NCBI GenBank assembly: GCA_963700285.1
Contig: CAVOXA010000010.1
Span: 928,001-992,000 of the forward strand
Source of the DNA: an uncultured Chloroflexia bacterium
GTDB lineage: Bacteria > Chloroflexota > Anaerolineae > JAAYZQ01
Direction: 5' to 3'
DNA: 64,000 bases
Shown here: positions 19,048 through 28,971 of the stretch, piece after piece
How positions within the stretch are numbered: the first letter of the stretch is position 1
Layout of the letters: each line of letters opens with the position of its first letter
Made by a program: the position numbers and the translations under genes
Notes under the pieces: model-generated
The model's database searches: none
The model's input: the letters and a program-made list of their open reading frames with translations, nothing else
What the model was told of the DNA's origin: nothing

Positions 19048-19908
19048 ATGCGCCGCATTCTTGGAGTCTTGGTCATGCTTGCTGGCCTGTTGGGATTGGT
19101 GCTCAGTCTGGCTGGACTGGTCATGGTCTGGGTAGCGAAACCTACTGTGGAGGTCTATGCAAGTACCACGTTCGACACGCTCAGCGAGAGCATCGTCACC
19201 AGTCAAAATGTCATGGATATCACCAGGCAGGCGCTGGGAGCCACCATCGATAGCGTGGATGCCCTCTCGGCTATGTTGGGTACCACCGCCGCCACAGTAG
19301 AAGATACCAAGCCCGTTCTCGACCAGGTCGATATGATCATGACTACCGCGTTGCCTTCCACCCTGCAAGCAACCACGGACTCGCTTTATACCGCTCAAGA
19401 GGCCGCTCGAGTGCTGGAAAGTACCATCCAGTCACTGGACGCCTTTCGCTTCTTGCTGAGCGGTATGCCACTGCTGGGTGGTCTCGTGGAGCAGACTGGA
19501 GAGGCGTACAACCCAGAGAAGCCTCTGGCCGATTCATTGGGAGAGGTGGCCTCCGGCCTGGAAGGTCTACCAGATACATTCGTCGAAATGTCGGCCAACT
19601 TGAGTGCCACGGATGACAACCTGGTCGCCATTCAGGGAAATCTGGTCACCATGTCAGATAGCGTTGGACAGATCTCGTCTAGCCTGAGCGAGTACGAAAA
19701 GATGATCGTCCAATCCAAGTCTTCCATGGATGACTTGAGGTCGGTCCTCACCAACATCCAGAACAACTTGGCTACCATCCTAAATGGGGTGGCCATCGTG
19801 CTGAGTCTGTTTTTCTTATGGCTGCTGGCTGCCCAGGTTGTCATCCTCAGCCAGGGCTGGGAGTTGTACCAGGGCACGGCGGACCGCATGGAAAGTGCCG
19901 TTGAATAG
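19048..19908 (+). CDS. Hypothetical membrane protein with coiled-coil loop
   Basis: TM helices at both ends, heptad-rich middle, GGAGG SD. Confidence 0.75.
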   Translation: MRRILGVLVMLAGLLGLVLSLAGLVMVWVAKPTVEVYASTTFDTLSESIVTSQNVMDITRQALGATIDSVDALSAMLGTTAATVEDTKPVLDQVDMIMTTALPSTLQATTDSLYTAQEAARVLESTIQSLDAFRFLLSGMPLLGGLVEQTGEAYNPEKPLADSLGEVASGLEGLPDTFVEMSANLSATDDNLVAIQGNLVTMSDSVGQISSSLSEYEKMIVQSKSSMDDLRSVLTNIQNNLATILNGVAIVLSLFFLWLLAAQVVILSQGWELYQGTADRMESAVE

Positions 19909-19998
19909 GCTTTCAAATCTGCGCAGTTCACAGCAGAATGTTCTCTCGTATCTCAGACCAAAAATACTATCCAGATGACCCAAGAAAGGAACCATCCC

Positions 19999-20220
19999 AT
20001 GGCAATTACCCTTGATACCACCCTCGGCACGATCTTGGACGATCCGCAGGCCAAAGCTGTGTTGGACCAGTACTTGCCCGGTATCTCCAGCAACCCACTG
20101 GCAGCGATGGCCAAAGGAATGTCACTGAAAATGATCCTTGCCATGCCACAAGCGGCGCAGCTCGGCCTGACCCAGGAAAAGGCCGAGGAGATCCTTGCCG
20201 AGATCAACAAGAATCTCTAG
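19999..20220 (+). CDS. Small hypothetical helical protein
   Basis: AAAGGA SD, 73-aa ORF, followed by a terminator. Confidence 0.7.
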   Translation: MAITLDTTLGTILDDPQAKAVLDQYLPGISSNPLAAMAKGMSLKMILAMPQAAQLGLTQEKAEEILAEINKNL

Positions 20221-20271
20221 CAGCAACCATCCCCAGATCTTTTCTCGGGGATGATGACGTTTCAAAACGCC

Positions 20272-20292
20272 GCCCCACGGATGGGGCTTTTT
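20272..20292 (+). terminator. Intrinsic terminator
   Basis: GCCCCA-CGGA-TGGGGC-TTTTT; a second hairpin lies at 20228-20253. Confidence 0.7.
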
Positions 20293-20455
20293 GGTGTTCG
20301 GTACCCGAAGCCACTGGGATCGTCGTCTCGTCCCTGACCCTCCTCTGCACCTCGTCGACGTCCAAGACGGTGACCGGTTCGACGTGACCCGGTTCATCGG
20401 GATTGCGCCAGGTGGCGGCAAAATGTCGTATGAGTTCACCCCTCGCCCCAAATGA

Positions 20456-22180
20456 TCATGGCTGCATCCGCCGGAGCGCTGTCTCTAACTTGGCCTGGAA
20501 GGCGCGGTGGCGGGGGAAGCGGTCGCGGATCCCGTTCACCAGCGCGGTTGCCTCCTTTTTGCTTCCCTGTGACCGCAAGGTCTCGGCGCAGGCCGCCGTC
20601 AGTACAGCAGCTTTTCCATAGCTCTTGCGGTATTGATTGCTCACGATGGCATTTACCCGCTGCCGGGCCACGTCCAGGCACCAGACCAGGAACCCTTTTT
20701 GCCTGTCGAGGGGCACAGATGCTTCGCTCAGACGCTCCGTGTAGGCAACCTCCAGGCGCTGGCATACAGGCGGATCTCCGCCGAACCGGAACTCGGTGCT
20801 GTTTTCCAGTCCCCACTGCCAGATCTGGGCCAGGTTCGCAGGCAGTGTGTCAGGCGTCTTGCTGGCCAGCAGCGCCAACAGGAATGCCACGACCAGTCCC
20901 TGTGAGCTGCTGCGGTTGCTCCAGCCCAGCACGTTTTGGCCGGCGGCGAGTTGGCGCGCCGCCTCAAAATCTCCGGCCAGCAGGCATGCGTGGGCCAGGA
21001 CGGAGTGGTCGACCCAGGCTGGTTCCTCCAGGGCGTCGTTGCCCGGCCAACCTGCCGCAGGGTGGTCGGGTGGGTGGGCGAGATAGTCCCGCACGTGCCG
21101 AACGGCTTGCTGCATCAGCGCCATCCGTACCTGGCCGGCGGCTCCCACGTCCCACAAGTCGAGCAGGCGGGGGAGGGTTGGCTTGGCGAGAAATGCTTCC
21201 CACCGCCCAGCGATCAGAGTTTCCATCTCAGCCAGTTGTACTGCAGCCGCGCAGAGATGGTCGGCGACTGCCGCCCGGATGGGGAGTCCTGCCGGAATCG
21301 TCTGCAGCGCTTTCTGGGCGGCGATGAGGATCTCCCGGTGGTTGCCCTCTTGCTCGAGTGCGGTGAACCAGTCCAGGTAGGCTCGGGGATGCGACTGGCC
21401 TTCGGCCAGCGCCAGTGCTTCCAATCCGCGGGTACCCTGGGAGAGCCGGACTGCCTCGCGCAGCCAGGCTTCGGCGTCGGTGCCGCTTTGCGTTCGCAGG
21501 AAAGCGATCCAGTCCACCAGAAACTGCTCCCGGTTCGGCAGCGCCCGGGGAGAGATCTGAATCAGGTCGGCCAGCATCGGCCGCGACCTGGTCAGCCACG
21601 ACCGCACTTGCTGCATTTGCTCGAACATCGTCTGCGGACGGTAGCCAGGTGGCTCGGTCTCATAGACGGCGCGCAGGTAGCGGGCGCCCGCTTCGCTGGC
21701 ATCTACGCCGGTTAGGTCGGAGGCCCGCACGCCGCGCCCATAGTCGTCTTCGGTATCCAACACCTCGAACAGCTTTCGGTAAGCAGTCCGGGCCAGGGTC
21801 AGGTTGCCACAGTCAAAGGCCGCTTCGACCCGGTCGAATAGCTCGGCCAGGGGCTCTACAAGTTTCTCGTAAGGCCCCAGGCTGTCTTCCTCATCATAGT
21901 ATTCACCCCACTCGTACCGCTCCTCCCAAGAATCGCCATCCTCCATGGCGGTCTCAAGTTCCCGGACAAGATCGTCGATATCGACCAACAGATCCTCTTG
22001 CTGGATAGCCTGCTGGGCGGCGAGGGTCGCTGCCTCACTCCGTTCGAGTTTTTCCAGGAAGGCATGCCGATCCAGCGGCGGTGTCTCCCAGGCCATGGCC
22101 CGCAGGATCGTGCGTAGCCCATCGGCAGAGCGGTCTGCCAGCCGTTGTTCCACGGCCTCCCAAAAGGTTTTCAGTGGCAT
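20456..22180 (-). CDS. Hypothetical all-helical protein
   Basis: Long ORF with coding-like bias; C-terminal IV.NQYR..Y.KAA and FPRH.AF motifs; start uncertain (22180-22240). Confidence 0.75.
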   Translation of the reverse strand: MPLKTFWEAVEQRLADRSADGLRTILRAMAWETPPLDRHAFLEKLERSEAATLAAQQAIQQEDLLVDIDDLVRELETAMEDGDSWEERYEWGEYYDEEDSLGPYEKLVEPLAELFDRVEAAFDCGNLTLARTAYRKLFEVLDTEDDYGRGVRASDLTGVDASEAGARYLRAVYETEPPGYRPQTMFEQMQQVRSWLTRSRPMLADLIQISPRALPNREQFLVDWIAFLRTQSGTDAEAWLREAVRLSQGTRGLEALALAEGQSHPRAYLDWFTALEQEGNHREILIAAQKALQTIPAGLPIRAAVADHLCAAAVQLAEMETLIAGRWEAFLAKPTLPRLLDLWDVGAAGQVRMALMQQAVRHVRDYLAHPPDHPAAGWPGNDALEEPAWVDHSVLAHACLLAGDFEAARQLAAGQNVLGWSNRSSSQGLVVAFLLALLASKTPDTLPANLAQIWQWGLENSTEFRFGGDPPVCQRLEVAYTERLSEASVPLDRQKGFLVWCLDVARQRVNAIVSNQYRKSYGKAAVLTAACAETLRSQGSKKEATALVNGIRDRFPRHRAFQAKLETALRRMQP

Positions 22181-22285
22181 CTTTTCTTTGTTCAGTTTGA
22201 GATCTCTCCAACTCACCCTTGTACTTGCGCGACCAGCCAAAGAGCTTGCGCAGACGCTACGAGGGATTGAACTTGAACACCCGGC

Positions 22286-23001
22286 TCATAATTGATGTAG
22301 GCCGGCCTCTCCCAATCGACGGAGCAGGGCCGGCCGCCGGCTGTACTGCTCGTAGATGCCATTCAATCGCTGCTGAAAGGCCGCTTCCTCGCCCTGGTAC
22401 GCGGCCAGTTCGCGTAACTTGACCAGCAGCCCGACCGCCTCGTCGTACGGCTTGGCCTGCATCCGCTCGATCAGGGCGAAAACCTGGGTCCACGTCTCGC
22501 TTTCGCGTTTGGCCAGGGCTTCCAGCTCCCGGATCCGTTGGGCCTCAGCCTCTTCGGCCTGTCGTTGCAGTTTGCGTTCGCGATGTTCTTCGGTTTCCTG
22601 CCCAAGCTGGCCAACCGTGCGCCGGGTTGACGCATCTGGCTCTGGGAGGGGCGCGACCTGGCGCAGGCGCCGGTGCAGCTTGGCCGAGAGGCTGGCTTCT
22701 CCCTGGGCCAGTCGCAGTAAAAAGACGTCGCGTTCTTCTCCCGCAAGTTGGGAGATCGCCCGACCAGCCAATCCTGGGATCCCGCTTGCTGCTTGCCACT
22801 AACCCCGGCGGCGATCTGGACCAGCATTTCGTCGATCTCGAAAAAGTCGATAAATGTACGCAGCGCCGGCGACAGGTCTTTCATTCCCGGCGGCACGGGG
22901 GGTTCTTGGACCGTATCGAGCAGATCTTCAACCTCCATCACCCTGAGCCAGGCCAGGTAAAGCATCCGATAGTCTCCTTGATAGTATTGATATGTGCTCA
23001 T
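22286..23001 (-). pseudogene. Degraded hypothetical protein (frameshift near 22765; probable internal deletion)
   Basis: MSTYQYYQ joins directly to GDYRMLYLAWL; coding continues in a second frame (RAISQL..EERD.FLLRL...YSRRPALLRRL). Confidence 0.7.
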
Positions 23002-23287
23002 GGCCGGTTCTCCCCATGATGCCCGCCACACTGGGCTGCTTTGGTCAAGGCGTCGTGCTGCCTAAATCGAGACAAAACTTCCGCTGTTCTCGGCAAGACT
23101 CCCCTTGACTTATGGATCCAGTTTACCGCAAACGTCTCTCAAGGGCAAATGATCGTTCGTCAGGACGCAGTCCAAGGGTCCTGCTCAACCAACAACAATC
23201 GGGATAGTGTCACCGGAATGTGTCAACCATTGTGAGACAACTCGCTTCAGAATTTAGGGAGCAATCGCTGGGTCTTGATTGCGCCCA

Positions 23288-23342
23288 GGCTGTGGGTATG
23301 TGGACAACCGAAACGGCGTCGGTTGCCCACATACCCACAGCC
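23288..23342 (-). repeat. 24-bp-arm hairpin immediately after the orfB stop
   Basis: GGCTGTGGGTATGTGGACAACCGA-7nt-TCGGTTGCCCACATACCCACAGCC on the plus strand. Confidence 0.85.
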
Positions 23343-23343
23343 A

Positions 23344-24324
23344 CTACGACGACTGCGGCCGGTTGATCCACACCTCCTCCGGTAAGGATGGCGGCTTGGG
23401 TTCGCCGCGAACAAAGCGTTCTGGATGCGCGGCATAGGCTACCTGGAGGACCTGTTGGCGTTGGTCCGTTACTCGTTGTGCTTGACCGAAGTGAACCGTG
23501 GCGGGGGTCATCAGCCCCAAGGCGCTGTGATGATGGTCGTGGTTGTACCACTGGAAGAAGGGACGAGCCCAGGCGCGGGCATCTTCGATGCAGCCAAACC
23601 TCTCCGGGAAATCGGGACGATACTTCATCGTCTTGAACTGCGACTCCGAGTAGGGATTGTCGTTGGAGACATGCGGACGAGAATGCGTCTTGGTCACGCC
23701 CAGGTCGGCCAGCAACAGCGCCACCGGCTTGGAGTGCATCGAACTGCCTCGGTCGGCGTGCAAGGTCAGTTGACCGGGTTGGATCCCTTGCTTCTCACAG
23801 GTGGCGGCGATCAGTTCCTCAGCCAGTCTGGCCAGTTCTCGGTCGGCGATCATCCAGCCAGGCACATAGCGGCTGAACACATCCAGAATGGTGTACAGGT
23901 AGTAGTAGGTCCACTTGACCGGCCCTTTGAGCTTGGTGATATCCCAGCTCCAGAGCTGATTGGGGCCGGTGGCCAGCAGTTCCGGCTTGCTGTAGACCGG
24001 ATGGCGCAGTTGATTGCGGCGCTCGCGCACCTCCTGGTGCTCCTCCAGAACACGGTACATGGTGCGCCACGAGCACAGATAGGTGCTCTCGTCCAGCAAG
24101 GTGGCGTAGACCTCACGAGGCGAGCTGTCTTGAAACCGTTCACAATTGAGCGTTTCACGCACCTGAGCTTTCTCTTCTTGGCTCAGCGCTCGTTGCGGCG
24201 TAGGCCGGGGCTTGGCTGCCTGCTTGGGCTGTCGCGCCCGGTAATAGCTGCTGCGGGGAACGGCCAGCGCCCCACAAGCCGCCGAAACACCCGCCTGGGC
24301 AGAGAGCTGTTCAGTGGCTTTCAT
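23344..24324 (-). CDS. IS3 transposase OrfB (rve DDE domain)
   Basis: WSWDIT, LHADRGS, NDNPYSES.FKT.K, YN..H.HS.L. Confidence 0.95.
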   Translation of the reverse strand: MKATEQLSAQAGVSAACGALAVPRSSYYRARQPKQAAKPRPTPQRALSQEEKAQVRETLNCERFQDSSPREVYATLLDESTYLCSWRTMYRVLEEHQEVRERRNQLRHPVYSKPELLATGPNQLWSWDITKLKGPVKWTYYYLYTILDVFSRYVPGWMIADRELARLAEELIAATCEKQGIQPGQLTLHADRGSSMHSKPVALLLADLGVTKTHSRPHVSNDNPYSESQFKTMKYRPDFPERFGCIEDARAWARPFFQWYNHDHHHSALGLMTPATVHFGQAQRVTDQRQQVLQVAYAAHPERFVRGEPKPPSLPEEVWINRPQSS

Positions 24325-24782
24325 CCTCTCGTCTCTCCTGTTTCGGGGTTCTCCACAGGTAGACCCAGTAGCCGAGAGAGTTTTTTTTGGACATCGATGA
24401 TCATCTCGGCTTGCTCCAGGCGGGCACGCAGGCGCTCATTCTCGCGTTGCAGCTGGACGAGTTCTTCCACCTCTGCCTCTTGGGCCTTGCGGCCGCGTTT
24501 GTGGGGGGACAACGCTTGCAGTTGTCCCTCCGCTCGTTGCTGGCGCCACTTGGACAGGTGGGAAGAGTACAGCCCTTCGCGACGCAATAGCGCGCCGATC
24601 TGCCCACGCTCTGTACAGCGGTCGACTTCCTCCAGAATGCGCAGCTTATACTGGCCGGTGTACTGCCTGCGCTTGGCCCGTGGTAGGACCTCGGGATCCG
24701 GTGCCTGGGTCTGGCGTTCGTCTACTAACGGCGTTTGCTTCGGTTCGATGTCTGACATGTTGAGCCCTTTCTCCGCCCCCAA
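24321..24782 (-). CDS. IS3 transposase OrfA
   Basis: RR.YT..YK.RIL, LLRREGLYSS.L..W, QKKL. An A8 slippery run at 24381-24388 has an open -1 frame into orfB; there is also an ATGA overlap. Confidence 0.9.
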   Translation of the reverse strand: MGAEKGLNMSDIEPKQTPLVDERQTQAPDPEVLPRAKRRQYTGQYKLRILEEVDRCTERGQIGALLRREGLYSSHLSKWRQQRAEGQLQALSPHKRGRKAQEAEVEELVQLQRENERLRARLEQAEMIIDVQKKLSRLLGLPVENPETGETRG

Positions 24783-25024
24783 TTATACACTAAATTCCCG
24801 GACGGAGTTGTCTCACTCATGTTAGCACAGAGGGGGTTTCATCACCGGGCGATCTGCTCAACTGCAGCGCCCCAAAGTTGGTGATTGCCCCTAATCATCC
24901 TGCACTCGTCCTGGCCCCTCGTTTCATCACGCAAAGCAGCCAAGAGCGCGGGGTTTTTCTTGTGGTTTTCTTCGTGTCCTTTGCGGTGAGATGAAGGATC
25001 CGTTCCAAAAATCCCTTGACAGTA

Positions 25025-27235
25025 CTACCCTCGCAACCTCGCATCCAGCGCCGTATGCCGTTCCATGATCTGGTTGTTGCGTACGGCAATGCCGGTAGCC
25101 CGTCGGCTGCCCACCAGCACCACCAATTCCTTGGCCCGGGTCACGGCCGTGTACAGCAAGTTGCGCTGCAGCATCACATAGTGCTGGGTCAACACCGGCA
25201 CGACGACGGCCCGGTACTCGCTCCCCTGGCTCTTGTGGACGCTGACGGCGTAGGCGTGGACCAGCTCGTCCAGCTCTGAGAACTCATAAGCCACCTCCTG
25301 CTCGTCCACGCGCACGGCCAGTGCCTGGTTCACCGGATCCAGGCTGATGATGCGCCCCATGTCGCCGTTGTACACCTCTTTATCATAGTTGTTGCGGATC
25401 TGCATCACCCGGTCGCCGGCCCGGAACACCTGCGAAGCGCGTCGGTGCTCGGCTTTGCCTGCTGCTGGGGGATTCAGGGCCGCCTGCAGGCGCCGGTTCA
25501 ACTCGCCCACGCCAGCCGCCCCGCGGTGCATGGGCGACAACACCTGGACGTCCTCCATAGGGTTCATGCCAAAACGGCGGGGGATGCGGTTCTGTACCAG
25601 GTCCACCACCAGGTCGGCGGCCCGCTCGGCATCCTCGGCGGGGAACAGGAAGAAATCGGTCGCCTCCTTGGGAAACTGTGGCATCTCACCCCGGTTGATG
25701 CGGTGCGCGTTCTCGATGATCAGGCTGCCCTCTGTCTGGCGAAAGATCTCCTCCAGTTGCACCACGGCCGCTACCCCGGACTCGATGATGTCCTTGAGCA
25801 CGTTGCCCGCGCCGACGCTGGGCAACTGGTCCACGTCGCCCACCAGCAGCAGGTGGCTTTCGGAATGGATGGCCTTCAGCAGGTTGTTGGTCAGCAGCAG
25901 GTCCAGCATGCTGGCCTCGTCGACGATGACCATATCGGCTTCGATTGGGTTCTCCTCGCTCCGCTGAAACTGGAGCCCCTTGCGCGGTTTGAATTCCAGC
26001 AGGCGGTGGATCGTCTTGGCCGCCCGCCCGGTGGCCTCGGCCAGGCGTTTGGCCGCCCGTCCGGTGGGTGCCGCCAGGGCATAGCTCAAGCCCTTGGCCT
26101 CCAGGAGCCGGATGACGGTCCGTACCGCCGTGGTCTTGCCCGTGCCCGGCCCGCCGGTGAGCACCGTAGCCTTGTTCGTCAGCGCCTTCTGGACGGCGAG
26201 CTGCTGTCCCTGATTCAGCGACAGCCCGCCTTCATCCGCCAGGTACTCAAACACGCGCTCCAGGTCCGCCTTCTGGTAGAAGGCCAGCCGGCTCTTTTCC
26301 ACGTTCAAGATCGTCTTGAGCCGGTTGGCCACGCCGATCTCGCCATAGTAAAAGGGAGGCAGGTAGACGGCCTTCTCCTCTTGCAGCAGTGTGGCTGGCG
26401 GGTGATCATCGGCCGCCTCGTAGGTCATCGACTCGACGAGCACCTGCTGCTCGGAGGCCAAGCCCTCGATCCCCTCTGCCACCAACTCTGGCGGCACTTC
26501 CAGGATGCGCCTGCTCTCGTGCACCAGCTCGCCCTGGGGCGCGTAGACGTGGCCGTCACCCGCCATCTGGCTCAGCGTATAGGTGATGCCGGCCTGTACC
26601 CGTTGCGGGCTATCGTGGGCCAGGCCCAGCTCGCGGGCGATCTTGTCCGCTGTGAGAAAGCCGATGCCATAGATATCGCGGGCCAGGCGATAGGGATCGT
26701 TGCGCACCACGTCGATGCTGGCGTCGCCATAGGTCTTGTAGATCCTCACCGCATGGGAAGTGCTCACGTTGTGGCTCTGCAGGAAGAGCATCACCTCCTT
26801 GATGGCTTTTTGCTCCTCCCAGGCGCTTGTGATTCGGGCCACGCGCTGTTTGCCCACGCCCAGTACTTCGCGCAAGCGCTGCGGATCCTCCTCGATGACG
26901 CGCAGCGTATCCATCTTGAAACGGCGCACGATGCGCCGCGCTGTCACCGGGCCGATGCCCTTGATGAGGCCCGAGCCCAGGTACTTTTCGATGCCGGTCG
27001 CGGTGGCCGGCAGCACGGTGGCATAGCGCTCGACCTGGAACTGGCGGCCGTAGCGGGCATGGGACGCCCACTGCCCGTGCAGCCGCAGGCTCTCGCCCGG
27101 GCTGACTTCCAGCAAATTGCCGACCACCGTCACGGTGTACTCCCGGCCCTCAGGTGTGACCTGGGCGACGGTGTAGCCATTTTCCTCGTTATAGTAGGTG
27201 ATCCGCTCGATGGTGCCGACCAAGATTTCTGACAT
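25025..27235 (-). CDS. recD2: ATP-dependent RecD-like DNA helicase
   Basis: N-terminal OB/HhH (GIGP, GIGF.TAD), LTGGPGTGKT, APTGRAAK, DEASM, VGD.DQLPSV, HKSQGSE. Confidence 0.95.
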   Translation of the reverse strand: MSEILVGTIERITYYNEENGYTVAQVTPEGREYTVTVVGNLLEVSPGESLRLHGQWASHARYGRQFQVERYATVLPATATGIEKYLGSGLIKGIGPVTARRIVRRFKMDTLRVIEEDPQRLREVLGVGKQRVARITSAWEEQKAIKEVMLFLQSHNVSTSHAVRIYKTYGDASIDVVRNDPYRLARDIYGIGFLTADKIARELGLAHDSPQRVQAGITYTLSQMAGDGHVYAPQGELVHESRRILEVPPELVAEGIEGLASEQQVLVESMTYEAADDHPPATLLQEEKAVYLPPFYYGEIGVANRLKTILNVEKSRLAFYQKADLERVFEYLADEGGLSLNQGQQLAVQKALTNKATVLTGGPGTGKTTAVRTVIRLLEAKGLSYALAAPTGRAAKRLAEATGRAAKTIHRLLEFKPRKGLQFQRSEENPIEADMVIVDEASMLDLLLTNNLLKAIHSESHLLLVGDVDQLPSVGAGNVLKDIIESGVAAVVQLEEIFRQTEGSLIIENAHRINRGEMPQFPKEATDFFLFPAEDAERAADLVVDLVQNRIPRRFGMNPMEDVQVLSPMHRGAAGVGELNRRLQAALNPPAAGKAEHRRASQVFRAGDRVMQIRNNYDKEVYNGDMGRIISLDPVNQALAVRVDEQEVAYEFSELDELVHAYAVSVHKSQGSEYRAVVVPVLTQHYVMLQRNLLYTAVTRAKELVVLVGSRRATGIAVRNNQIMERHTALDARLRG

Positions 27236-27778
27236 CCGGTCTGCTTGTCCTCATGCCCAGCCTGCTCAACCTGCTATATCATTGGGTTTCCCCGCAAATC
27301 CCAGCTTACCACAACCCCAATCGGCTGTCAACGTCCAATCGGGATCCTCCCGCAGGTCTCTGGTCATACCCCAGTTAGTAGCCTACTCCCGTCATCAGCT
27401 GGAGGTACACCTGCCGGCCCTGCAAGCCTACGCCTGGAGTTACAGCACCTATCGGCGTGTCAGCCAGGCCTTGCAGGTCAGCGAGATGACCGTTCACGTG
27501 GGGTCACCAGGGGACACGATTTCAGATACGTCTTGGCGTCCGATGGCGGCTGAATGGACACGTAAGGACATGAGTGGACACGTTTCGTGTCCTTCCTCAG
27601 CAGGACAGGTGAAATAACAGGGCCGCAGGACTGGGTCTCACCGAGTGAGAGCAGCGGAACGCTATTGGATCTGACAGAGACCCATGACAGTTCTCCTAAT
27701 GCTTTCGGGCCGCTTGTAGCCTGTTCGGTTCTCGAGTATAATTTGGTGGGTCTGAACGAAGAAGGAAAACTGCAGAGA

Positions 27779-28747
27779 ATGCGGCAATTGGCGATAAAAA
27801 GACAACGATGGTTCTGGTTCGTTCTGGTTGGGATGGGCCTGGTCGGACTGCTGATGATTCGGTGTTCGCCTGGAAATCCAGCAGTGACGGCCACGCCGAC
27901 CAAGACCCGGCTTGTGCCGGCCCTGGCAACCAACACTCCGCGACCAACGCCCACGCTCCAACCCAGTGCCACACCCACTTCATCGCCATCGGCCTCTCCG
28001 ACGGTCGCCACAGCCACTCCCATCCCGCCTGTGCCAGCCGCCACCGCCGCCCCAACAGACACACAGCCCGTCCCTTCTCCGACACCAACACCTCTATCAC
28101 CTACCAGCACAGCGACTCTGACGCCGACGGCACCGCCGCCGAGCCCACGGCCACCAACGGCGACGGCCAGATCTCAGCCCCCACTCCCACCCCAGCAAGG
28201 CGGGGAATGGGATATGGAAGCTGGCTTTGTCCCGGGGGTCTCGCCGCTGGGCGAAGATTGTCCGGGATGGTCTGTCGCTGTTGGTTGGCAGGCTTTCTTG
28301 GCGCCTGGTACGCCGGCATCCTCTTGTCTGAATGAGAACAAAAATGTCGCCAACATTCACAGGGGTGAACGCTCTCAGGAGATCACTTTTGACTTTGTCA
28401 GCGCCGAAGCGGGCATCTACCGCCGGTCGCAGACCATCCCCGGACACCACTACCAGATCGAGGTCTGGGGCAAACACGTGAGCAGCAAATCACCGGTGGA
28501 GCTCTCGCTGGGTGTGGATGTCACCGGCGGCGAAGATTGGCAAGCAGCATCAGTGGCATGGCATCCCTGGGACGAAACCGGAGAAGACATCTGGGTACAC
28601 ACTCAGGTTACGGTCCAGGCCAGCGGTGAGACGCTGGCGATCTACCTCAAAGGATACCATCCTTTCGCCGCGCAGGGCGGCGCAACGCTGTTTGACGATG
28701 TACGTGTGGTTGACTTGGGTACGGCACCAGGCGAGGATACAGACTAG
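27779..28747 (+). CDS. Exported protein with Pro/Thr-rich linker and CBM-like beta-sandwich domain
   Basis: Hydrophobic N-terminus ending in Cys, PT linker, C-terminal ..FDDV.V motif. Confidence 0.75.
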   Translation: MRQLAIKRQRWFWFVLVGMGLVGLLMIRCSPGNPAVTATPTKTRLVPALATNTPRPTPTLQPSATPTSSPSASPTVATATPIPPVPAATAAPTDTQPVPSPTPTPLSPTSTATLTPTAPPPSPRPPTATARSQPPLPPQQGGEWDMEAGFVPGVSPLGEDCPGWSVAVGWQAFLAPGTPASSCLNENKNVANIHRGERSQEITFDFVSAEAGIYRRSQTIPGHHYQIEVWGKHVSSKSPVELSLGVDVTGGEDWQAASVAWHPWDETGEDIWVHTQVTVQASGETLAIYLKGYHPFAAQGGATLFDDVRVVDLGTAPGEDTD

Positions 28748-28971
28748 TTTTGGTCGAGGTTGATAAATCCTGAGATCAGGTGCTCAAGGGCAGGTTCTAT
28801 GATACAATGGACACGAGGTCAGATCGAGGAGATCAGCGGGTGAGATCATTGACTACTGGAGTAAACGCACAGTTGCAGGACTATTGTTGATGCCAGCCAC
28901 CCGGCACAATTTTCTTCATTTGAATGAGGCGGGGCATGCTAGAGCAAAAGCCCTTTGACAGGGGGGATCCA

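Larger units (their letters stand above)
23219..24829 (-). mobile_element. IS3-family insertion sequence (about 1.6 kb)
   Basis: TG...CA ends with imperfect IRs sharing GTGAGACAACTC and GAATTTAG; orfA plus DDE orfB; no target duplication seen. Confidence 0.9.

Noticed and set aside
25445-27232. 595-aa plus-strand ORF (and similar long ORFs at 23425, 12035, 43378, 56640)
   Set aside because: Antisense shadows of well-supported genes in GC-rich DNA, with no motifs.
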